Shown here one piece after another: positions 12,860-25,992 of a stretch of DNA of 64,000 nucleotides. Position 1 is the first letter of the stretch. Each line of letters starts with the position of its first letter. Under the pieces are notes generated by a model that was not told the origin of the DNA, did not search any database, and worked only from the letters and a program-made list of their open reading frames with translations. The position numbers and the translations under genes are program-made. The stretch comes from Ascidiella aspersa (Eukaryota), in contig OZ004612.1 in the NCBI GenBank assembly GCA_963924565.1, forward strand, positions 28,396,001 through 28,460,000, read 5' to 3'.

Positions 12860-15569
12860 CTAGCTCCGTTCAATGCTGCTTTGATACAAGCTGTTTGCAA
12901 CCATTCCGTAATGGCTCCCTCCTTCTATTTGCCCGTCTTGGTCACCACTCGCTTTTCTAGTTGTTTGGTTGCTGGCGCTGTCGTATATTACGTTGCTGGT
13001 CATCCCGTAGTGAGACGGCGGGCCACATTCGGCATACTGCTGGTTATTTCCCTGCGTTGTAGCAGCTCCCACAACTTCGTAAGTAGCTTGTTGCTGTGGT
13101 GAATTGGGTGCTGGTCGACTGTGGAACCTGCTCTCGGCGTTTGTGCTAGCCTTAGGTTTACGAGATGAATTTTTGTGAACACGCTTCCTAAAGAAATACA
13201 AACATGCAGTTATGGTTGCTGCTAAAACATATACCTGGTTGCTTGACTTATGTTGTGCCGTAATAGTATATATCCAAAGCCATATTTTTGCATTCGTTAT
13301 ATCATAGAAGACCCAAATGTTGATTGTTAAACTAAAAATAATCTTGGTTTTATATTTAATTTATGAACATTTCAGTGGTAATCTTTTTTTGGCAGCTTAG
13401 AAGAAATCAATGTAGACTGCTTTCTTACTTGAGAACTGTTGCCAGAATTAGAAGCATAATTCCAAGAAAAACTCCCACAATAATTCCAGCCATAACGTCG
13501 CTGCCAAGGCCACCTATATAGAAAGAATATTAACATAAAATATTAAAATAAACGACATCCCAATTACCAATACTAAAATACTGAAAAAAATATGAAGTCA
13601 AAAAAATCCAAAACTGAAAATTAGAAAAACAATCTTTCGTTTAATTAAAGTTGTATGATACGTACAAATTTCAATACCTGAGTTGCCTAAAGGTTTTGCG
13701 GTGGTTAAACGATCGCTGTCTACACCGGTTACTGCATAAGTTGTTGCAGACCCCACCATTGCATCTGTAGTCAGTGGTTTTCTGGGTGATTTTGTTCGCA
13801 CTATGTTTGTCGTTGTTTCAAGAGGTTCGGCTGGTCTTGTTGCCAATGTCAGTATTGTCTTCGTTTCTTAAAACACATGTTATTTTGGAATAGAATAGCT
13901 GGACCAAAGCTCATACTGGTTTATTTAGCTTTTTTTGAACGTTTCGAATAAATCTTAGTTACACGAAAGAGGGAATACAAAAAGTTCAGAAAAAGTTTTA
14001 AAAATTTAAAAGATATATTGAAAATGAATAAAGACTTTCTAAAAGCTTTTACCAAATGCAACGTAAACTTCTCTATGAGATTTGGTATTTCTTTCAATGT
14101 AATTTTATTTGTGGTACTGATTGATGTGTTAAGTTTGTTAGCTGAAACGTACCTCTTGGCCCAAAGCTTGACCTTATTCTTGATGATAACGTAGAAATCG
14201 TTCCAGGAATGCTTTGTTTTGCTAAAACATAACAGAAAATAACAAAGTAGATGGAATCAGTATATTATTTGAAAATATGCTTTCTTTTAGGTTTAATAAA
14301 CTATGCAAAAATACGTTATAGAATAAGTTTTAGTAAACAATACTGTATTACCGACATGTTAAGGGAATAGATAGAGTGACATTTTTACATCATGTACAAT
14401 AACGTTCTATAATTTTAACCCAAATTTTAACTAATTTTGCCTTAATATTTTACCGCTTAACGTTATTGTGAATGTTTCTCCTGGGTTCGACGCAAATGCG
14501 ATAAGTCGCATATCTCTCCAATTCTTGGCCGTCACAACTTTACACAAGCCGTTGTTTTCCTGTGTTTTTTCTGAATACCTCAAAATTCGTACTGTTTCTT
14601 GTTCCCCTTTCGTTTCACATGTTGCTGAAACAATGCATCTATTTTATCGATTGTTTTTAGTTGTGTTTGTCTTTATCAACAGGATAATTGAACACTGTAT
14701 AAAAAGGCTTGTTTGGTAACCGTATTTGTCTTTACAAAAAACTGAACACTAGTTCACAAATTGTATTTTCGTAAAAAGGCTTAAACGTGATACAACAAGC
14801 ATAACTTTGAAGCACACTCAAGTTGGTTGATGACTCAAATGATATACCATTGGCCGCGTATTCCTACGTGAGTGACTCGAATCTCACCAAAGTGCTTTGC
14901 TAGCACTATATTGAACGTTTGTTGTTCTTTTTCTTTTTTCTTTCAGTTAACCAGCATATTTGCTTCAGAGTCAGACCTCATTTATTTATTTAACGACTTT
15001 GGCGTGGTTTATCTACTTATTTAAGATGTTGCTTGTATTACTGTATAGTCCTTCTTATAATCAAAGTGCAGTTTACATATTCTCCACAAAATATCCCGGC
15101 CAACTTTTTTTTTATATCACCAAAGATCCAACTTTATACTTACTATCAAACGAGGTTATGTTCAGAAATATCGCGCTTGAGTTTTCCAAATGCAAGTCGA
15201 TTTGGTCATTTTCTCCCCCATCTATTGTTAACAAGCATAATCCTTCTTCTGGCGTTGTATTAAACCTTTGGTTGACCGCTGACTGTTCCACCTTGAGCGT
15301 GTTTTTGCATGGGGCAGACAACATAATTTATAGTTTCTACCTAATTCGATAAACCAACAAACTGATGGAAAGATTGCTAGGTACGTTACATTACCAGCCA
15401 ATTATGTGACTAATCTGGATATTCTGTCTCATTATTGTCTAGCAGGTCTGTAATATACGCGGTGCTCTTTGTTTTTCCAAACGTTTTAAACCTACTAACC
15501 TGAGCATGAAAGCTCATTTAGTTGTACAGCTGGTATTGTCTGACTTTTTTTAATTAACGCGATATACAT
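12860..15569 (-). CDS. Receptor gene D (5' end apparently defective; possible pseudogene): divergent CUB-like domain, stalk, TM, Tyr tail
   Basis: Exons 15144-15314 (expected acceptor reads TG, not AG), 14454-14624, 14153-14221, 13678-13866 (stalk), 13429-13513 (TM VMAGIIVGVFLGIMLLILATVL), 12860-13187 (YAECGPPSHYGMTSNVIY...SHYGMVANSLY). Candidate first exon 15500-15569 is not hydrophobic. Confidence 0.7.
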
Positions 15570-16736
15570 TTTCAATTTTATGAAGTCGCGATATCAGAAC
15601 ATCTTGTTTAAAGCTCCCAATACTCTAATTCTTACTGTATAAATAAATGCGATGCTACCACATGTAACAACCTTAATATAGCGCAAATTAAATCCCATAA
15701 TACATTACATTAATCAAGTCTCACAGGCTTTATCTGTCTTCAAAATTCAGCCTATATAGTCTGAATTGCAAGGCTTAGATGAATGCATACTGTAGAAGAA
15801 TACCCCTGGTTGTCACGATCTGCCAATAGTGCAATGCAAATATTCGGACAGCGCTAGCTAAGACAGTCTGACTCGTCTCATGTTTGCCGGATGTTCTTAC
15901 GTGAAAATCTTAAATTTAACCTAGCAATGGCCTGAAGGTCCCTTCAGTTTACTGAAATGAGCCCCGCCGTTGAAAAAGACCGAGGTAGAAATAAAAACAC
16001 AAAAATGTGATTGTACACAAGACAATGACATGCAACTTTTAAGGTATGTTAATCTACGTATACCTGACTCTTTTAGGTCTTACCCAGTGCTAGAACTGTA
16101 CGGTAAAATATTTTGACCCATGTTGCACAGACCATGTAATTAGTCAAGTACAAAATATGACAAAAACTTTTGAGGACATATTTGATTGGTTTGCGCAGAA
16201 TTTTACATAACGCTCTCTATAATATATGGTTTAACAATTGCGAATGACTCACAAAAATGACCAAGAGTCCGCTTAGCTATTTTTACTTTTTCAAATTGTG
16301 TTAATTTTTGAAAAAAACTTTTTTGCTTTCTGTTATCTCCTTATTAAAACAAATACTGAACTCGGACTAAAAATATATCAATAATAGAACAAATCAAAGA
16401 TGAATATTTGCGTTTAAGACCTCTCAAAAACGGAATCAAAGTGGCGAACCGTTTTATTAGCATCATGTAGACAACGAGAAAATGTGACTTCATAAGTTAT
16501 CAAATTACCCAATTGAGTAATTTACACAAACTATGAACCACAAAATTAAGCTTTTTAATGCGGCAAAATAAAAAAGCTTGTTATCAAATGGTAAAAATAC
16601 ACCAATTTAAGTAATCAAATTACCTCTTGAATAGCGAACCATAGAAATTAAGCATTTGCGATAGAAAAACGAAAACTTCCGTCTTGGAGCACTATATGTT
16701 TTTTGGCGCGATTTTGTCTTGTCTTTTGTGTAAAAT

Positions 16737-19302
16737 CTAATAAATAGCATTTGATGTCATCCCGTAATGCGACGGAGGTCCACATTCGGCGTACTGGGGT
16801 TCGGCTGGGGACCCAGAAGCTTCGTAAGTAGGGGGTTGTGCGCTTGCACCTTGTGCAGTGTTTTGTCCTGGATGCTTGCTTTTGCTGTTGCGTCTTTTGC
16901 ACCTGATCAGAAATAACAAGTCAAACTCAGTGTGTGGGTAGGTTTGTGTTTTTGTACGTTTTAAAATGTATGTAACATTTTCTACAAGACATAGGACTTT
17001 CGAATACCAAAACTTATGTTTCTTTTATGAAAAAAAGTAATATAGTACTTTAATCGTAATTTTAGCAAACGTTTAGTCTAAAAATAATTAAAAAAATTTT
17101 TGACCTACTTAATGTTTGGCCCAATTTTTACTTCTAATTTCTTTACCTCTTTACATTTTTACCAAAATTATCTCTTTAACTAAAGAATGTATTTTATTAG
17201 TTGCTACACTTTTTATTATTTTGCCAAACGTCTTGTTTCGATGTCATCGGAGGCCCTATACAAAAACATATACAGTTATACACGCACCTTAATAGCAATG
17301 CTGCTGTAATCACGAGGATAAGAATAACGGCGAGCACTATGGCTGCTATTGCACCACCGTTAAGACCGTCTGTAAATTCAAGAATTCTTTATTTGTCAAA
17401 GTTTGCACAACGTGAAGAGAAACGAGTTAGCATTAATTTTAGCCTCTAAGTTTTTTTTTTACTTTTGGCATGGTACCAGAACTTTTACTTTTGATAGAGT
17501 TCGTTAAATAACATGTTGCTGTTCTAATGGCTCGAATTTATAAGTATATATACTTCGTTAAATAGTTTTTAATTTAATTTAATTGTTTTCTGTCCTAAAA
17601 AAAGCAAAATGTGGCAATAGTTAGAACCAATGAACGAAGCACACACGAATGTGTGTTTACAACTGTGATGTGCCCTTCTGAAGCTGGAGGTCGTGAGTTC
17701 GAACCTCACTGCAGGCTTGTTTTTCTAGCCTGCTCAGCTTGCATCCTTGATCGACAGATTTGGTGAGTCTGCGATTGCTTTCGGTGTACTAGTTACAACC
17801 AGAGTTGTTGTTTTAACTGTATGTTGATATATCATTTTAAACTGGTCATATGATCAGAACATACTTTTTGTTGTTGCTGTGCCTGGTTTAGCTTTTGTCG
17901 TTTTAGTTGTCGTCGTTTCCGTCTGTTCGCTTGAACCAGAACCTAAATTCAATAAAGAATGCATCAGTTTCTGCATTAAGAAATTACTACTTTTTTATCC
18001 ACGGCTTAATGCGGATGTTGTTTAAAACTCCGAAATCGAATATAAACTTCATTATTTTAATTTTCTAGCAACCCAGGGGTATGTTAATTACTCTTTCATG
18101 TTTGTTTAAAAAATTTTCACCTTCTTGCACCACTTTAAACTCCCCTCTATTAAATCTCGCTTGTATAGTCATGTTCTTCCAATCTATGGCGTAAATAAGG
18201 AGACAACCGCCAGGATTTTTTCCACCAGAATTCGATCGACGGATCTCGATACAATTATCATTGCTGGTTAAACATCTGGGTTCATCCTTGGGTAGGGCTG
18301 AACATATGTTGATCACGTACAAGCTTACTGTTTTCTTAGACAAAAAACATGTTATAAGTGGTAAAATATTAAGTGTATATGATAAATATAATATTTTCCT
18401 GATTCAAAACAATATACCTTCCTTAAACGACGCTAAGGTAAACATTATAATGACCACAAACACTAACTTTGTGGACACCAGTTTAGTTATAACAAGACGC
18501 TATAAGTTAAAACAGAAAAGAAAACCCATAAATCGTATCAAAATGTAAAATTAGCTAAATAAAACAATTTATATTGGATAAATTTAATTAAACGTTTATT
18601 TTGTGGAGGTGTCGTACCTCCACTATTGAAATAACACAATATTTTTACAGCCAACCTGAAAAATACTTTGGATAAAATTTCAATCTTCCCTTTTCAATGA
18701 TCAGTTTTACTTTTGTAAACTTTCCGCCGTTTATCTGAAGCGAGCATCGCCCCGTCAGAGAGTTGATTTTGAAAGGTCGCTCTTTTGACGTTACTTTAAG
18801 AACCGGCTTATTGCATTGCTTTAAGTTGTCTGTCATACATATATTTGCCTGTCATACTTATATTTTTCATAAAAAAATTATATATATATTTATAAACCTG
18901 TGTAATCCGTGTCATTAATTACTTTATGAAGCTGTGTAAAATCAGCAGTAAAGGTTTTGTAACTTTTTTTTAAATGCTGGAAAAAAGTGAGACCCATGTT
19001 TTATCAAAAATTGGCTGAGTTATATTAATATTGTTTAAGTTTCAAAAGTTTGTTGTTAAATATGTTATTTGTTAAAAATGCCACATATTTACTTAGCCTC
19101 AAGAAATGCCCAGTTGCAATAGAGGCCTCTTGTTCAGCAAGTAGTTTGTACAACAACCAGTCGTGCGAACTGTCATACTTGTTTTGTTCACATAAGTACA
19201 GTACTGGTTGCTATTTAATAATATTATACTCATACCTTGTAAAGCCGCGATGCTGATCAGTGCAAAACTGAACAACACCTGGAACGTGGTTCTTGTCGTC
19301 AT
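16737..19302 (-). CDS. Receptor gene E: divergent CUB-like domain, stalk (second stalk exon SINE-disrupted), TM, short tail
   Basis: Exons 19236-19302 (signal MTTRTTFQVLFSFALISIAALQ), 18656-18829, 18121-18297, 17865-17942, [disrupted exon from 17816], 17288-17369 (TM GAIAAIVLAVILILVITAALLL), 16737-16902 (YAECGPPSHYGMTSNAIY-stop). Confidence 0.8.
17663..17742 (+). mobile_element. tRNA-derived SINE fragment
   Basis: B-box region gaggtcgtgagttcgaacctc is identical to the copy near 49748; the 3' part tagcctg...cttgc is shared with the copy at 33565-33648. Confidence 0.65.
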
Positions 19303-20026
19303 TTTGTTCAATAATTTTACAAAGTCTAATTACCAAAGAATACAAGTTACACAATACCAGTATAACTAACGATTCGCATTACACATGTAGGCAATTTACC
19401 TTGTTAACTCTTCCACTGCGATAATCTATTTCTGTAGTAGAAAATAAATCAATAACTTTTAAGCGCATGCTTTGTTGAAATTAACTTATCTCAACCCAAA
19501 AGTGTGAATATTCTTTTGTTTGTGTGACGCAATGCATGCTGGAGGAAGCCCATTCTTCCTAGTACAATGACTGGTAATTTGCCATTCTCACTGACCTTAT
19601 ATAAACCGTTACTGATCTATTCTGTCTTTCCAAGAAATTTTAGGTCCCGCATATTGTCACCTAAAACAACCCTGTCCGAATTTACTTTATTCCGATGTAT
19701 TTTTTCTTGAAAATCATTGTTTGCCTTGAACATTGTTTGCCTTGAACGTTATGTAGTTGATTTGACACATATTTACTTGTTTTTACAGCATTTTATTTCC
19801 AGAACGCAGCACGTTTTTTGGGGTAAACGAAACGTAATCAAAGTGCACTTCGTGACAAAAATGTACAACAATGTTCCCAAAAAATCAACCTGAATAATTT
19901 GCGAAAGAAGTAATTCGTAAGTAATAGCACGTTTAAAGAAAATATAAAACCGGCGTAGCGAAATAAATTGCGAATAACATTAATATAAGTACAAATAAAT
20001 AACAGAGTCATGATTAAAATCGCATT

Positions 20027-23000
20027 TCAATAGTAAACGGCATTATTGCCATTCAAGTTTGTCTGATTTCCATCAACGCCTTGATACAGCGAGTTTTCCA
20101 CCATCCCGTAATGCGTTTGCGTCGGGGCGCTTACGCCGTTTGCGTGACTTGCGTAAAGACTGTTCTGCGTCATTCCGTAATGCGAGTCTGCCTTTACGTC
20201 GCCAGCGGTTGCGTAAGCGCCACCGTCAGCCATTGCATAAAGTCCGTTAGCTGGCATTTGGTGCTGGTCGTTTGACTGATAAGCTACGTTCGAGGTTAAG
20301 CCATAATGTGATGAAGGTCCGCATTCAGAGTATTGTGGGTTGATGTGACCTCCTGTACCGGTTGCTAGCTCTTCGTATGTACGCGGTTCGGCGTACACGT
20401 TTTCCATACCAGCATCCGTATTTCCAGCCGGCTTATCGCCCTTGTCCTCTTCTATTTTGTACCTAAAATGAAAAGCAATGTGTTCAAAGTGCTTTGGTTG
20501 AATGTCGTACGAAATACATAAATTGTGTTTTTGGTTTGAAAATTAGATAATTTTTCCCTATTTGTTTTAAAAAGTATTTTAGCAAAAAACATTCAAATGG
20601 TATAACCCACACCTCGTGTGTGACTTTTAGGAAATTAAATCGATTTAAGCCTCTTTTAATTTTAGTATAAAAATAAAAAAAACGCTTTGCCTGTGCCTCT
20701 TTATTATTAAAAGGACAATCAGGCATTGATCATATTACTTCTACAGTATATACAGAAAAATGTATATGGTATAAAAGAAAAAAAGGGCAAATTGTTCTTA
20801 CCTTAGTACCAACGCAACCACCAGTGCAATTAGAAGCAGAATAACGATTACGATAGCTGCTATCACGCCGTCGCTAAGTCCACCTGCAAGAATAGAGTAT
20901 TGACTTGTAACTGATAAACCAGTATAACTACCAATGATTGTGTATACAGTGACCATCTTATTAACCATTTTTGTGTCTTCTGCATTTTTTCAATGCCTGT
21001 GTTCATCAAGAAACCTCGAATAAAGGCACTATCTATCGTGCTTATATTGAAAAAAATACGCGTCAAAATGAAACAAATAGCTGCCTAACAACATATAGCC
21101 ATGATTGCTAGCTACCATATACGCATTCAATCTTTCGCAAATATGTGTAATGTATTTACCCGTGTAAACAAAGGAAAAACTATGGCCTTTCCATTGTTTA
21201 CGCAAGTCTACAGTTAAGACTCTTGGGAATACCAGTATACAACCTTCTCTATAAATACAAGTAATGCACCAGTACGGTGCAAGTTGCGTGACGTAGTTAT
21301 TTACGTTAGTTACTTGCGTCATTTCCTTGTCATGACTTACCAGCGCTTTCAAGGTGCACCGACGTGATGTTGCTGTTTGTTGAATTCGGAAAGGCTGCAG
21401 TTGGGCTTGGTGGGTTACTTTGTCTCTCCCTTGCAAAAGTGGTGGCTTGGCTGTTAGTTAAACTTACTTTTCTGTCGCTTGTTGATGTTTTGGGGCTGAT
21501 CGTGGTCGTCGTTATTGCTGTAGTTGTTGTTGTTGCTGTGAACAGTTTGGACAACATTGTGTAAATCAGCATTTCCCAACTGCTTCCAAACTATGCTTTT
21601 ACTGTTATATTTCAGATTCGTGTTTTGGTTTAAGGTTAACTGATTAACTGGACAAAACACAAACACCAATACCTGTGGTTGTTGTTGTTACTATTGTAGG
21701 TCGGGGTGTCGAAATCATTCCGGAGCCTACAAAAAATAAAAATGTTTGGTTATATTTGGTTTTAGCTATGTTTACTTGCAGATTTCATAGTAACACAAAA
21801 TAGAACAATTCTTAGGAATAAACGGTAATTACCAATTGTGTTTAACGATGTAACAAAACGCCTATAGTGGCGCAAAATCTATTTTTCTTCTCCATTCACA
21901 CATTTTAAACTATATAAGACAAGCTTATTATTGGACAAATAGCGAATTTGCCCCTGTATTGTTCACATAACTTTGGCACACAAAAGTCATGTTTTTGTAT
22001 TATTTAAAAATTATTTTTTGTGCAAAAACGTGATATTTTACTTAGCGTGATCTATATATAATATTTTAGGCGGTGCGTTCTTTAAAATGGCATTACAGAC
22101 ATTTCAGGTCCTGACAATTCTTTATTGTATACTTTTTTTCTCAAATAAATACCTGTATGATCCATTTCGAATTTAGGTCCACTGCTTTTACTCGCTTCAA
22201 CATACATTTTGTTCCAATCTTTAGCAGTAATTTGGAAGCAGTTATTGCCACCATTTGTTGGGGTTCTCGATATCACAACACACTCGCCCTCTATCAACTG
22301 TTGGGTTCGTCCGTTTAAGCCTGTAAGATTGATGAAAAATTTGTTCAATATTGTTAACCGATTGGGAAAATTTCAATGCTTCCATACCTTACCAATATTA
22401 AAACTTTAATCTCTTTTTTTAATCAAAAGCAGCTACTGTGATAATTATCTTTGTATATGGCTGTATTTGTCTAATTCTAAATAGAGGAATCAGATGGTAC
22501 TGTGTAAAGACGAATTCGCCGTTTTTATCGTCTTTTACTCGCGCCTGTGCTTTTACTTTACTTCGTGCATTTCAACTGCTTTCATTTCCACTTTGACCTG
22601 ATGAAGCACGGTTGTGCTAAAGCTTGTCGAGAATCCAATACAATTTGTATTTGTACAGTGCTACCTGATTTCTGTGATGTTCCTTTTCCAACGTTTGTGG
22701 GACCTATTTAACTATTTTGGCACACACTGCACTACGAGCGTTCGACGTCATTCATCCTAAAATGTTGGACAAGAAATATAATTGCCAGAGGAGCTGTTTT
22801 TGATTAATATTATGCCTGGTAGCAACAGTTTATATAATTTCTCTATTGGTAAAAAATACCTTTTATACTGATGTTTAAGAAATGACGGAATATTATTACA
22901 CACAACCATTCACAAATCCTACCTGTAAAATCGTTAGGGCTGAACTTTGTAATACTTTTCCTTTTCGTCATTATGGTCACCGATGTGAAGGAGCCACCGT

Positions 23001-23302
23001 CTATATGCAGCTTACAGGTTCCGATGATAGGATCGATTTTGAACGTTTCTTTCTTTGCTGACACAGTTACCGTCCTTACACACGACTGGCAGTTAGCTGC
23101 ATGAATAGAACAAGTATAAACATCATTGGAGTACATTAAAGTGTTACAAAACGCGTTTTAAACGACTTATGCCATTAATTATTCGGTATTATAACGTAAA
23201 AAAGTTAAATATATTGTAAATTTAAACATAGTTAAATAGCTTACCATACTGAATGATCTGATTCATCCAAAGTAGGACTCCCAATAATTTATAAAATTTC
23301 AT
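20027..23302 (-). CDS. Receptor gene F: divergent CUB-like domain, mucin stalk, TM, long Tyr-rich tail
   Basis: Exons 23245-23302 (signal), 22923-23096, 22153-22320, 21673-21726, 21341-21535, 20802-20883 (TM GVIAAIVIVILLLIALVVALVL), 20027-20462 (SHYGLTSNVAY, SHYGMTQNSLY, THYGMVENSLY). The ectodomain is clearly paralogous to D and E (GxCxLxIxGG; WxxM motifs). Confidence 0.88.
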
Positions 23303-23795
23303 TTTTTAGTTTTTACGATGCAACAGCTTGGTCATAAAGTTCTACACAAATTAGAAATATGTTTTCTGGGCACACAAATAATATTGATTTAGAACAAGTC
23401 GCATTCAAATTTATGCACTTTAGCAAATTAGTGATTTTGTCGTTAATAGCAACTCAAAACAGGCAGAAAGCATTCCATCTATAACCAGACATAGAAACCT
23501 TACCGACTAAAATTATCAACTGACTTCCTGGAAGTGATCTCAATTTGTTTCAGCGATTGCCCAAAAAAATATTTCAACTCAGCAAACCAATATCTCTCCC
23601 AAAAATATCCGATTAAGCCATCGACAATTCGCGCCGCAGCCTAAAGTGCATTAAAAAAAACGCAAAAAAAACAACAAAATTTGCCGCGGCCGAAATATAT
23701 GTCATAACAATGCCCTACGCGATGGACACTTAAACGCCAATCAAACTGACCAAACGACGGAAACGCGAAATATTTATTCCCTGCCGTGGAATAGG

Positions 23796-23894
23796 AATAT
23801 TTGGCGCTTTAATAAATGTAGTAGCTTTACGTGACTTGCCTGCTCTGTAAGTTAAGTCACGTAAACCTCCTACATTTATTGAAGCGCCAATATT
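23796..23894. other. ~100-nt hairpin with ~41-bp near-perfect arms
   Basis: aatatttggcgctttaataaatgtagtagctttacgtgactt pairs with aagtcacgtaaacctcctacatttattgaagcgccaatatt across a 16-nt loop. Confidence 0.75.
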
Positions 23895-25743
23895 TTTAGT
23901 GCTTGACGCCATTCACGTCGGAAGACATTGTGACGCATACTTCTGCACGTCAGGTGGAAGCTAAACCCCCACGAGGTCGCATTAGGGGCATACCCTGACG
24001 TCATCTATGACGTAGTTCTTCTTGGAAAGTCAGTCGCAGTTTGTTCTGGCTCGAGTTTTAATTACATTTTTGGTGATAACCAGTTTGTTAAATACAATGC
24101 TGTATGTAACGCAGTTGCTTTTGTCACGTGCGGTTGTGAATCACTATTACAGTGATTAAAATTAGCTTTCCAATGGTTGAACAATAAACTCATGTACTTC
24201 CGTGGTTAAGGCGTATCTGAATGGTTGCCTTACAACTTATATATCGCAAACCTTTTTATTAGGTGCTCAACTTAAATCAATTTCTACCCTTCATTATCTC
24301 TATTATATTCTGTTTTCCTTGCGAAACAAATTAAATTAATTCTAACAAACTGACCAAGTTCCTTACAAGTTAAAAACAAACGAAAGGTTGTATCGCATTT
24401 TCTTGCAGAATTAAGTACCATTACTTCAAGTTAATCTAAACATACAGTACGTTAAAAAGAATCCTCAAAGCAATTTTTCTGCTTGTTGTGTAATTTTTTA
24501 ATATCTCATCTCTTGCAACAACTGTCACAAGGCTGTAATACCACAATAGATTTAGTTTACATCTAATGTGAATATTTGGACGCTAACCTGAAACATTGCG
24601 ACGTGATGACTCGTTTTTGTGTGGTATATCCTACTTAAAACGGAATACCACTACTTTCGTGCAAATAACCGTAAAATAGTCTACTCATAGGCAGTTCTTC
24701 CTTAAGAGTTATAGTCTTGAAACGTTCGCACTTATTATAAAATATTACATCTATGGCTTATGTGTTTTCCAACATCAATTTTGAGTGTACTAATAATACT
24801 AGTAAAGGCACGACTTAGTGTGATTTGAGGTCCTATACATTTCGTGGGACTTTATCATCATCTTTATACACCTACAGTCTACGTATATGCAAATAACCTC
24901 GCGTCAACTTCCGTTTTTACCTAAAGTTTGAAGTCTACCTAACCAATGCTGATAAACTCGTCTCAACCATAACCTGCATTATTTTTTGGTTTGACACGTT
25001 TCAGCACTTAATGGTTGCACGTCTCTTACAAACAGCATATGTTTAAGTCGTACGCGTTCCTTAAAAGGCAAAATATGTAAATCAGGCGGCACTCTTAACG
25101 ACAAAATGTATTAAATCTTGACAAGCTTTCGCACAACGCTAAACCTGGTGAAAGTGGCAATGATAGAAATGAAAAAACACACGAAGTAGAACACAAGCGC
25201 GAGTAAAAGGCGATCAAAAGAATCAGGACTTAAAAGGCAACAAATCGTCAAAACTCCATGGAAATACCAGGGTCTCGTCTGACGCAACGAACACGCCGGA
25301 TATTTGCTGTTAAACGTTTCAATCAACGGATGGGCTATGCTCGTATGCTGTGTTGTGCTTAATCGCAACATATGGTTTTTCCAAGCGCTAATTTTGTGGT
25401 CTTTGCTGGGTATTTCTGTACAAATATTTCCATGCAACAAACTGGTAAATGTCTCCTGTGTAGTACAATTGTACCAACGTTTAATTTTAATGATGATTGG
25501 TGAATTTCTGTGCTTCCTTTAAATCATTATTTTGTTTTAGTATTTCTAGTAAAAACATTTTATTTTTCCTGTTTATATAGGCCTACATGTGTTTTAGTTA
25601 AACATAGCGACGAAAATAAATGACCTATTATGGATTTCCAAAATATAGTTCATAAACAACTATATGTAATTGCTAAAAGTTACCATTCTTTTATGAAGTT
25701 TTGTAAAATTATAGTAACCAACAATCATGGTCCACTGCTAATT

Positions 25744-25992
25744 ATGGCACACCGCGCATTTCCGGCCTACCGAAAGGAGTAGGATCTTTTAAACTTTTAC
25801 GAGGTTATTGGATCGCGTATTTCGTCACACCATTGGGCATCGGCCTGTAAAGTATGTTGTTTGAAAATTTCTTTAAATTAAATATGACACACCGTGAATT
25901 ATCTTTCTACCGAAAGCAGTAGTATCCCCTAACTATTTTAAGGTTATTGAATCTCGTATTTCATCCCACCATTGGGCATCGGCCTATAAAGT
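25744..25992. repeat. Tandem duplication of the gene G stop-codon region
   Basis: 25744-25853 aligns with 25883-25992; the copy encodes LYRPMPNGVTKYAIQ-stop versus LYRPMPNGGMKYEIQ-stop. Confidence 0.85.

Noticed and set aside
19095-19170. Extra exon in gene E intron 1
   Set aside because: The phase-1 reading hits a stop before the donor, and the model works without it.
25111-25440. 109-aa minus-strand ORF with a hydrophobic C-terminus
   Set aside because: It has a non-ATG start, no family motifs and no convincing flanking exons, so it cannot be supported as a gene.
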